16,588 bases of DNA, from positions 1-16,588 of the forward strand of contig NW_021825156.1 of assembly GCF_006345805.1 (NCBI RefSeq), in the 5' to 3' direction. Both the position numbers and the translations under genes were made by a program. This DNA is from Octopus sinensis (taxonomy: Eukaryota). Each line of letters opens with the position of its first letter. Position 1 is the first letter of the stretch. Shown here piece after piece: positions 1 to 8,725 of the stretch. Under the pieces are notes generated by a model. It did not search any database and was not told the origin of the DNA. It was given only the letters and a program-made list of their open reading frames with translations.

Positions 1-155
1 TGTTTTTTCCATTTGTTTTTTTTTTTTTGTTCCTATATTTAATCTGAATTTCTCGTTCATTTCTTTTTCTCGTTTTACAAAAATTATGAATCACAATGAA
101 TAAATGAATAATCTAATCTAAATACGAAGAGCAAAAAAGAAATTATTGATTCATC

Positions 156-183
156 CCACCACCACCACCACCACCTCCACCTC
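156..183. repeat. (CCA)n microsatellite
   Basis: ccaccaccaccaccaccacctccacctc read directly. Confidence 0.85.
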
Positions 184-780
184 TTTCTTTCTCAGTCCCT
201 CTGAACGATTTCAGTCAATTTATAAAAGAGCAAATGTACTGTAATCCTTAACAGGTCGTTGGGTCATAAGCAGAGATTTTCTTCATTTTGTTTGTTCGTT
301 GTTGCTGTTTTTTTTTGTTGTGTTTGTTGCTGTTCTTGTTTCTCTGCCAATCAGACCGGAACGAGTAAACCCACGATCAAAGTGTGTATAGCTAATCATA
401 ACCATTCAGTCGTTTCCTCCAAACTACATCACTCAATGCATAATTTCTTTAAGACTGTAAAGTGAGATTTCTGCTTGATTCGGCTGCCAGCTTCAGCAGG
501 TCGAGTGACAGAGTAACTCAATGGCTACGGCTTACTCGCTTCTCATTCGAATACGATTTGGGAGCAGCAATCATCGTATATTCGCCTTTATTTAAGTTGC
601 TCATTTTATCGCAAGTGGACAAATACACCTTGACGACCCAGAGGAATCTCATTCAGGTGACACCTAAAAAATGAATGACTTCCTCAAAAGTCAGGCTCAA
701 TATATACAAGCAGTAATAAATCTCTGAGCGAATTATAAACAGTAGCTGCTCGGACATCGTGAACTATATTTGCCACGTAA

Positions 781-981
781 GGGTGGATGCTACTGTAGCT
801 TGTATCCCCAGGAAGACATCTCCTCCAGCTGGCTATTGGCACACTATCTGTGCCCTATCAATTTTGAATATCAATCGGTGTGTGAGACTTCACTTTGCAA
901 ATACTGATAGGGTACAGATAATGTGTCAATAGCCAGCTGGAGATGTCTTCCTGGGGCTACAAGCTACAGTAACATCGACCC
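781..981. mobile_element. Fold-back MITE with ~80-bp terminal inverted repeats (non-autonomous DNA transposon; superfamily uncertain, Kolobok-like or TA-TSD type)
   Basis: 781-860 is the reverse complement of 905-981 with 6 substitutions and one 3-nt indel; 44-nt spacer. Ends GGG...CCC, flanked by GTAA (777-780) and TTAA (982-985). Confidence 0.8.
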
Positions 982-1076
982 TTAAGGGTTGGCCACATTT
1001 AGGTGGCAAATACACTTCTCAATATATACAAGTTCGAAACAAAGCACCGGAAGTATCCCTTAAATCCTCGCCAATG

Positions 1077-1150
1077 AGTAGTGGCTTATTTTATCAACAT
1101 CAGAAGGATGAAAACCAAAGATAACATCGGCGGTATTTCACCTTTAGATG
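1077..1150 (-). mobile_element. Highly decayed SINE-A body fragment
   Basis: ttattttatcaacatcagaaggatgaaaaccaaagataacatcggcggtatttcacct aligns by eye to ttatttaatcgaccccgaaaggatgaaagacaaagtcgaccccggcggaatttgaact at 4967-5023. Confidence 0.55.
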
Positions 1151-1357
1151 TAAAGGCCCGGGAAAATATCAGGAAGTACCTTGACTAACACCTGAAGGAT
1201 TATGCTAATTCATCGCCTTAGGGGCTTCGTGCATGAAGTGATGGCACTGAGTCTAAAAGCCCCACCCATTTCAACGCAAGTGGTGGTTACAGATAGAAAC
1301 TTCAAGAAATGGGTTTTATATGCTGCTCATTTCTCCAATTAAGGTATTAATGGAAAG

Positions 1358-1550
1358 CAAGGCGCCGAACAAAATGCTCGGCGGTATTTCGTCCGAATTT
1401 ATGTTCTGAGTTCAAATACTGCGGGAGTTGACTTTGCCTTTCTTCCTTCGGGCATCGATAAAATAAGTAACAGTTGAGATCGGGGATCGATGGAATGGAC
1501 TTAGCACCTCCCCGGAAATTGCTGTTCGTTAACCAAAATTTGAAACCAAG
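1358..1550 (+). mobile_element. Diverged SINE-A-related copy with partial head and a different 3' tail
   Basis: aaaatgctcggcggtatttcgtc...ttctgagttcaaatact (B-box)...gactttgcctttc...gataaaataagtaacagtt matches the 6130-6250 segment, then diverges into cacctccccggaaattgctg...ccaaaatttgaaacc. Confidence 0.7.
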
Positions 1551-2220
1551 TAATGTTAGGACACTGAGAGGGTTAATGTATTGTATTTTCGACTCTAGTA
1601 AAGAATGTACTGTTGACAATCAATCGATAAAGTTTGTACATATTTCGATAGTCCACTGCCATAACATGGATCATTAATGGAAAAAATAACCAATATACCA
1701 TTAAAATAAGCATAAACTCAACATGTCTCTCTCTCTCTTTTCTCTCTTTCCGTTTGCCTCAAAATCTAAAAGCAAAGATTAAAAACGAAAAACAATACAA
1801 AACGAATTTATTCATTAAAAAAAAAATGGTTTTCAAAATTGAAAACTCGAACATGTTAATTGCAAGTTTCACAGAATTTGATTTATAATTCTGGATACTA
1901 AAAGAAAACTGGAAATTTACGAGCTTACTGATCGAATTAAGAAACTATGGTTTAGTAAAAGATAGATATATGTACTTAATGAAATAAACATTCCAAAATG
2001 AAAGAAAAACTAATGATTTGAATATCGGAGCCAATTTTATAAACAAGGCGCCGATCTTACAGAAATCTACTGAATCGTAAAATTAAACATTTTCCAAAAT
2101 CTCTTTTCTATAATATATCAAACTTTCTTCTCTCTAACAGAGAAAAAAAAAGACATTTCTAAAAATAGAATTAATTAAAAGAAATGGCTGTTTCTAGATA
2201 AAAGTGAAATGTTCTACAAT

Positions 2221-2361
2221 TCATAAATGTGTGTGCGTGTGTGTGTGTACATGTGAGAATGTGTGTGTATGTATGCATATACGTACACTCACATATATAT
2301 ATCTATATATATGTGTGAGTGTGTGTGTACATAGATTTATTATATATATATACATACATAT

Positions 2362-2395
<34 letters not shown>

Positions 2396-2647
2396 TTATA
2401 TTATGTATATATATATATGTATATACATATATTTATATGTATATATATATATCTGTGTGTATGCATTCATGTACGTATATGTACGTATGTATATATGTGC
2501 TATATATACAAATAAGCATATATATATTAGATATATAGGTGTTAGTGTGTTCACGTATATATATTTATAAATTATATTGATAGATAGGTAGATAGATAGA
2601 TAGAGAGATAGATAGATATAGATATTATGTAAATCTATGTATGTTTA

Positions 2648-2725
<78 letters not shown>

Positions 2726-2726
2726 C

Positions 2727-2759
<33 letters not shown>

Positions 2760-2830
2760 CATATATATATATACATATTATATATATACATATATATATA
2801 TACATATATATATACATATATATATATATA
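2221..2830. repeat. Compound microsatellite field: (TG)n, (TA)n, (TAGA)n, (TACA)n
   Basis: Direct reading; source of the spurious YI/HT/CV-rich ORFs. Confidence 0.95.
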
Positions 2831-3339
2831 TTGTATGTATATTGAGAAAGAATGAGTGGCGAGAGAGCATATATGGAGGCATACATAGAAGTGTATGTAT
2901 GTTCAGGTATCTTCGTATGAGCTCTGTCAGTGTTTGTGTAAGTGTGTGCGAATGTGTATGCATGCGTCTCTCTGTACGTGTATGTGTCTGTGAGAGTGTG
3001 TGCGTCTTGATAATTCTTCAATAAAATCGCAACCAGCTCATTCGTTCATTTTACGCTGCTGTTTATTTCCGCTTGATTTCGCAGCCTTCACGCATGTCCA
3101 CACACGCACAAATACAGTAATACCCCCCCTAATCACTCTGGATACACATAGAAACAGTATGAATAAACGCATGCATGTACATACATACGTACATACATAT
3201 GTGTTTGTGAGCGTACGAATCTGTATGCTTAGGGTGCGTACGTTTGTTTCGTGTATGAGTATTTAATCTGATAGGTGATCATACTGCTGTATATTTATAC
3301 GTGTTTCAGTGTGTCCGATTGTACTTGCATATATATGTA

Positions 3340-3487
3340 TGTCCGTATAGGCATATGCATATGTATATGTGTATAAACATGTGTGTGTATGCATATATGT
3401 GTGTGTATACATACACATATACGCCTACATGTGTGTGCTACATACATGTATTTCTAAATACTTATATATATACTATATATATATAAT

Positions 3488-3567
<80 letters not shown>

Positions 3568-3571
3568 ATAT
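3340..3571. repeat. Degenerate (TG/TA) microsatellite ending in a long (TA)n
   Basis: Direct reading; near-pure TA at 3481-3571. Confidence 0.9.
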
Positions 3572-3614
3572 AGTCTTAAAATTTACAGAAAAACAAAGGA
3601 CGAAGACAGGTGTA
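3572..3614 (-). mobile_element. Truncated end of the (TA)n-associated element seen at 8343-8536
   Basis: agtcttaaaatttacagaaaaacaaaggacgaagacaggtgta matches agtgagaatttgcaaaaaaaaaacaaaggacgaagacgggtgtg at 8344 onward; both start right after a (TA)n run. Confidence 0.7.
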
Positions 3615-3744
3615 TATATATGCGTGTTTGTGTGTGTGTGTTGTTAGTGTGTGTGTATATACATATATAGATATGTATGTACGTGGATATCGTGGATATA
3701 TATATATATATATATATAATATTATAATATATATATATACATAT

Positions 3745-3801
<57 letters not shown>

Positions 3802-3832
3802 TGTATGTATGTATGTATGTATGTATGTATGT
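3615..3832. repeat. Compound microsatellite (TG)n/(TA)n/(TATG)n
   Basis: Direct reading; pure (TATG)n at ~3773-3831. Confidence 0.9.
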
Positions 3833-4134
3833 GTCCGAATGAGTGCGTTCTGTTGAGTAACATGCTTTCTGCTGTTTGACTTTACACCTCTCAGATATAC
3901 GCATTAACAAATCAAACAAGAGGAAAGACGGCAACGTGTAAAACAATACCTTTTTTTTCGTTTGTTTATTTCTCATAACAAAATCGCTTTGTTTCCTAGT
4001 ATCCATTTCTTCATTCAAAGAGAGAGAAACACGTGAAGATATGATATACACCCACTTTCTTTCTCATGTGGGCTGAAAACGGTATTTTTATACACTTAAA
4101 CTTCAATATATTGAATACTTCAGATTCATTCTTC

Positions 4135-4197
4135 TGTCTTTACTTATAAAACACTCCGGTTTCAGTTATGGTGCTCATCAGCAAAGAACAATGGCTT
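4135..4197 (+). repeat. Left copy of a long direct duplication flanking SINE-B (putative TSD)
   Basis: 63 bp with 2 substitutions versus 4625-4687; extends to ~4128/4619 with one indel. Confidence 0.9.
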
Positions 4198-4618
4198 TCT
4201 CTTTTTTTTTTTCTTTTTACTTGTTTCAGTCATTTTGACTGTGGCCATGCTGGTGCACCGCCTTTAATCGAGCAACTCGACCCCGGGACTTATTCTTTTG
4301 TAAGTCCAGTACTTATTCTATCGGCCTCTTTTGCCGAACCGCTAAGTGACGAGGACGTAAATACACCAGCATCGGTTGTCAAGCAATGCTAGGGGGACAA
4401 ACACAGACACACAAACACACACACGCATATACATATATATATATATATATATATACGACGGGCTTCTTTCAGTTTCCGTCTACCAAATCTATTCATAAGG
4501 CTTTGGTCGGCCCGAGGCTATAGTAGAAGACACTTGCCCAAGGTGCCACGCAGTGGGACTGAACCCGGAACCATGTAGTTGGTAAACAAGCTACTTACCA
4601 GTCAGCCACTCCTGCGCC
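4198..4618 (-). mobile_element. Full-length tRNA-derived SINE (family B)
   Basis: Minus strand starts ggcgcaggagTGGCTGACTGGtaag...ccgGGTTCAGTCCCact (A-box and B-box-like), then a central domain, an internal (TA)/(TG) microsatellite, and a 3' part ending cagtcaaaatgactgaaacaagtaaaaaga plus A-rich tail. Related copies at 4746-5170 and 12000-12225. Confidence 0.85.
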
Positions 4619-4624
4619 ATTCTG

Positions 4625-4687
4625 TGTCTTTACTTATAAAACACTCCGGTTTCAGTAATGGTGCTCATCAGTAAAGAACAATGGCTT
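4625..4687 (+). repeat. Right copy of the long direct duplication flanking SINE-B
   Basis: See 4135-4197. Confidence 0.9.
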
Positions 4688-4745
4688 GTCAATTTATCTT
4701 TACTAACATGTATTGCATTTAGTTTGTGTTTATTGTTAAGCATAG

Positions 4746-5170
4746 AGGCGCATGCATGGTTGTGTAGTTAAGAATATCGCTTTGCAACAATGCAGTCTAG
4801 AGTGCAGACCAGCTCTACAGCACCTTGGTTAATTTCTTCTACTACAGTTAAGAGCAGATCAATACCCATTTCTTTACTACTCACAAGGGGCTAAACACAG
4901 AGAGGACAAACAAGGACAGACAAATGGATTAAGTCGATTATATCGACTCCAGTGCGTAACTGGTACTTATTTAATCGACCCCGAAAGGATGAAAGACAAA
5001 GTCGACCCCGGCGGAATTTGAACTCAGAATGTAACGGCAGGTGAAATACCGCTAAGCATTTCGCCCGGTGTGCTAACGACTCTACCAGCTCGCCACCAAT
5101 ACCGGCTGAGTGAATCTGCTGGACAATAACCGTGTGGAAGCTCATCATGTGGGTGTTCCTTTGTATCTGC
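4746..5170 (+). mobile_element. Old diverged SINE-B 5' half, split by the SINE-A insertion at 4867-5097
   Basis: 4746-4866 aligns to the SINE-B head (aggcgcatgcatggttgtgtagttaag...gcaccttgg...tcttctactacag...gatcaatacc). The alignment resumes after the duplicated aatacc at 5104 (ggctgagtgaatctgctggacaataaccgtgtggaagctcatc). Confidence 0.7.
4867..5097 (-). mobile_element. tRNA-derived SINE family A, head plus one body unit
   Basis: Minus: ggtggcgagcTGGTAGAGTCGttagc (A-box)...ctGAGTTCAAATTCC (B-box)...aaagaaatg. Flanked by aatacc at 4861-4866 and 5098-5103. Confidence 0.9.
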
Positions 5171-5174
5171 ACCG

Positions 5175-5581
5175 AATGCAACAATCAGCGCTCAAGTCTA
5201 CTGCCAGCAATTAGAGCGTTTGAAGCAAGCTTTGAAGAAAAATGACCCGCTTTAGTGAATCGAAAAGAAGTGATGTTTCATCAGGACAATGCGCGACCCC
5301 ACACTGCAAAGATCACATCACAGAAGATCGAAGAGCTTGGTTGGGAAAAAATTCCTCATCCACCTTATTCTCTCGACCGTGCAATTTCAGATTAACATTT
5401 GTTTCGTAGTTTACAGAATCATTTGGGGGACATAACTTTCGCAAGCCAGGAGGAGGTCGAAACTGACATTTCAGAGTTCTTCGCTTTGAAACCAAAAGAG
5501 TTTTACATTAATGGGATTAAAAAGCTTGTAAATAGGTGGAAGGAAGTCATAGATAATAAGGGAAAGTACGTTGATGATTAA
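5175..5581 (+). pseudogene. Decayed mariner (Tc1/mariner, DD34D) transposase, C-terminal catalytic part
   Basis: Translates to NATISAQVYCQQLERLKQALKK, then a frameshift, then *PALVNRKEVMFHQDNARPH...GWEKIPHPPYSLDRAISD*HLFRSLQNHL...RWKEVIDNKGKYVDD*. HQDNARPH and the YSPDLAPSD-like motif are mariner hallmarks. One frameshift and two in-frame stops. Confidence 0.92.
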
Positions 5582-5658
5582 ATTTCAATTGAATATAACA
5601 TTTGATCATTTGTTTTCTTTATTGAAAATTCGGACAGAACTTATGGGATGACCTGATA
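5175..5658 (+). mobile_element. 5'-truncated mariner element with probable right TIR and TA
   Basis: The transposase stop is followed ~75 bp later by cggacagaacttatgggatgacctga|TA (TA at 5657-5658), resembling mariner termini. The left end is absent, so the TIR cannot be paired. Confidence 0.75.
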
Positions 5659-5968
5659 GGTGGGTAATGTAAATGTTTCCATTTTTTCTTAGTAATTTTT
5701 TAAAATGTTGGAATATACCTCTTGTCGACAATGAATGTTTAGTATGAAGTTGTATAACTATCTGAATACCTAACCTTTAAAATTAATGTGTTTCTAGTTG
5801 ATTGTATGGCAAACGTATGTACGGTTAACACACCTATTCAGGACGAATGTATGTGATACAAACGCCAAACGTTTGACTTGCGGGTTCGATCCAGAGACAA
5901 AGCAAAAGAAAGGGAGAGATAAAAAATGAGAAAGAGAGAAGGACAGAAAGATTGACTCAGATAATGGA

Positions 5969-6045
5969 TTGGTATTTCATTCATTTTCCTGTAAAGATAA
6001 AAGACCAAGTTGATCTCAGAAACATTTGGACTCAGAATATAGAAA
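5969..6045 (-). mobile_element. Highly decayed SINE-A body fragment
   Basis: ttggtatttcattcattttcctgtaaagataaaagaccaagttgatctcagaaacatttggactcagaat aligns loosely to the tggtactt...gaactcagaat segment of SINE-A. Confidence 0.45.
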
Positions 6046-6097
6046 GTCTTAACGGCAGCAGTAATTAATGTTTTTTGGGGTGAAATTTAAACCAAGA

Positions 6098-6701
6098 GCA
6101 AGCTGAGCAGAATCGTTAGCACGCCGGGCGAAATGCTTAGCGGAATTTCGTCTGCCGTTACGTTGTGAGTTCAAATTCCGCCGAGGTCGACTTTGCCTTT
6201 CATCCTTTCGGGGTCAATAAATTAAGTACCAGTTACGCACTGGGTTCGATGTAATCGACTTAAATCCGTTTGTCTGTCCTTGTTTGTCCTCTCTGTGTTT
6301 AGCCCCTTGTGGGTAGTAAAGAAATAGGTATTTCGTCTGCCGTTACGCTCTGTGTTCAAATTCCGCCGAGGTCGACTTTGCCTTTCATCATTTCGTGGTC
6401 GATAAATTAAGTACCAGTTACGCAGTGGGGTCGATGTAATCGACTTAATCCGTTTATCTGTCCTTGTTTGTCCCCTCTATGTTTAGCCCCTTGTTGGTAG
6501 TAAAGAAATAGGTATTTCGTCTGCCGCTACGTTCTGAGTTCAAATTCCACCGAGGTCGACTTTGCCTTTCATCCTTTCGGGGTCGATAAAATTAAGTACC
6601 AGTTACGCAGTGGGGTCGATGTAATCGACTTAATCCGTTTGTCTGTCCTTGTTTGTCCTCTCTGTGTGTAGCCCCTTGTGGGTAGAAAAGAAATAGAAGT
6701 G
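6098..6701 (+). mobile_element. SINE-A with one head and three tandem ~185-bp body units
   Basis: Head 6098-6141; units 6142-6326, 6327-6510, 6511-6695, each with a B-box-like g(a/t)gttcaaattcc. Flanked by taaaccaaga at 6088-6097 and 6702-6711. Confidence 0.92.
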
Positions 6702-7592
6702 TAAACCAAGATGCATGTCTCTCTCTTTTGCACTGTGTGTGTATGCATAGCCAAGTGAAGTTGTTTATTTATAGGTAATCAATTATAATAGCGATTGCTG
6801 ATATAGGTACAACGACCACAAATATTTGAAACGAGAAGAGACGATGAAATCGCAGAATTCCAAATAAAGAATTCTGAATAAGAATGTAGGGACGTGACTA
6901 AATACAGTAACACATTTCGCCTCTCACTCAACCATTTCTGTCTTGCTACCACCATCATTAGACAAGAACTAATTATCAAGTACATGTATACTTACACATA
7001 GCTTCTTCATACAACCAATGCTACGTACTTTCAGACTTATATTTAAAAAAATATATTTACATTATACACACATATATTATGGCGATCAATTTAAACGTCA
7101 ATTATTTATTTTACCAAATTAACTTCTGATTACAAAAGGAAAAAAAAATATCTCTAAGTTTGGAAAACAAAATTTGATAGTTATTGGTGAATTATTGAAA
7201 TTTCATTATAGATTTCATTTTAGCTTCTTTTCAGAAATTCAATTTCGATTATTTATTATCGTCACTTCTAATATATATTTCTTCGTATATATTTCGTTTT
7301 GCAAATAAGTGGAAATTAGGAAATTATTAACGTTTTTCATGGCAAATGATGTTTATTTATTTGTTTAATTTACATCGCAGCTGGTCAGGGTTAGAGTTAG
7401 ATACAAGTTTTAAATGTGCCAGTCTTCCTTTATGGAATTTCATTTTACAATTCCATGAAATTATAAATTTGTATCCCTTTACATCTGTAAAATGTAAAGA
7501 TTTCTCCGAGCAACAATTTAAAATGCGTCCAGCGTTGAGGGTTCAACAAGGGGTTTCAAAAGTTTGATGGTGTATAGAGTTAGTCCCTATAC

Positions 7593-7811
7593 CAGTGCTT
7601 TTCAAACTTTTTGCTGGAGCGGAACCCCGAGGAAACATTCCACTGGCTCGGGGAACCCCTATGCAATAATTTAATAGTCTTATGCACACATATCTGCACA
7701 GGAGATTTAAAAATTACTGCCGATTTTAGCAGTTTTGTAACTTCTTGCGGAACCCCTAGACTGTACTGGCGGACCGCTAAAGTTCCGCGGAACCCTGGTT
7801 GAAAACCACTG
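7593..7811. mobile_element. hAT (Buster/Charlie-type) MITE, 219 bp
   Basis: TIRs cagtgcttttcaaac / ggttgaaaaccactg. 8-bp TSD ccctatac (7585-7592) / ccctatgc (7812-7819) with central TA, typical of Buster-type hATs. Confidence 0.9.
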
Positions 7812-8252
7812 CCCTATGCACTACCCCGACGTCTAATCTGGCGCAGGTTGATTTTTACCTGCCAAAAGTTCTGGTTATGAATCAAGGCGTAGAAGTTTAT
7901 CTTCAGTCTGTGGCACACAGGAAACAGAGCTTGACAGAATCCTAGACATGAATCATACACACTCACCTCCACTTGTGAATAGACATGAATTATTATTAAA
8001 TGAATTAGTCCCTATGTTTAAATAGGCCGAGTGCTTCGAACATGAGCTTGGAAGAACAGGAATCGAGCAGATTATTTGTATAAGAGATCAAAATGGCAAA
8101 ATAAAAGAAATTATGCAATGACTTACATTAACGTAGAATTGTTTAGCAGAAACAGCTGTAAGGCGATGAAGTGCTTCATTGCATGATTCCTTATTTATTT
8201 GCCATTTAAATTCCTAAATACTACTCTGTACTAGCTGATAGATATATATTAC

Positions 8253-8257
<5 letters not shown>

Positions 8258-8342
<85 letters not shown>
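8258..8342. repeat. (TA)n microsatellite
   Basis: Direct reading. Confidence 0.95.
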
Positions 8343-8348
<6 letters not shown>

Positions 8349-8536
8349 GAATTTGCAAAAAAAAAACAAAGGACGAAGACGGGTGTGTAAACAACAAACA
8401 GATGTATTAGTTTAACGCTCGGGAAGTGAGAAAGCCCTTTACGTTCGAGCCTACGCTCTTCCACAGAAAGGAAACACAAATAAGCAAAGAGAAAAAGTTT
8501 AAAAAAAGGTTTAGTGGCTAGCGAATTCTCATGGTG
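8343..8536 (-). mobile_element. Non-coding element between two (TA)n arrays; probable Penelope-like terminal-repeat fragment
   Basis: Bounded on both sides by TA arrays; second partial copy at 3572-3614; carries a degenerate minimal hammerhead-like fold on the minus strand. Confidence 0.6.
8435..8471 (-). ncRNA. Degenerate minimal type I hammerhead-ribozyme-like motif
   Basis: Minus RNA: CCUUU-CUGUGGA-A-GAGC(GUAG)GCUC-GAA-C-GUA-AAGGG. Stem I CCUUU/AAGGG, 4-bp stem II, GUA triplet. Departures from the core: A6 to U, and one A missing from GAAA. Confidence 0.45.
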
Positions 8537-8557
8537 ATATATAATATATACATACAT

Positions 8558-8641
<84 letters not shown>
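8537..8641. repeat. (TACA)n/(TA)n microsatellite
   Basis: Direct reading. Confidence 0.95.
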
Positions 8642-8642
<1 letters not shown>

Positions 8643-8643
<1 letters not shown>

Positions 8644-8725
8644 AGACGGTGTGGTCACGGCTGGAGTTCGTGCAGTCATAGGACTGTTTTATCAGGCTTG
8701 ACTAGGCGTTAAACAACAACAAGAA
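8643..8725 (+). mobile_element. Probable 3' tail of a retroposon ending in (CAA)n
   Basis: GC-richer segment ending actaggcgttaaacaacaacaag; a similar ending ggactaaacacttcaacaacaac lies at ~12381-12403. No head or ORF visible. Confidence 0.35.

Noticed and set aside
259-674. ORFs 259-465 and 462-674, a possible acceptor at 353-354 and a CCAAT at 347-351
   Set aside because: No recognisable protein motif, the first ORF is driven by a T/G-rich tract, and no matching donor or exon chain was found.
2204-3879. Many ORFs of 60-128 aa rich in YI, HT, CV
   Set aside because: Translations of dinucleotide and tetranucleotide microsatellites; the same applies to ORFs at 8252-8644, 11241-12159 and 13161-14033.
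3881-3940. Possible plus-strand exon after tttacacctctcag (IRINKSNKRKDGNV)
   Set aside because: Weak donor, unrecognised peptide, no supporting neighbouring exons.
6098-6180. A-box/B-box region as a tRNA gene (also 4545-4618, 5015-5097, 15915-15997)
   Set aside because: No cloverleaf or acceptor stem; these are SINE heads continuing into repeat bodies.
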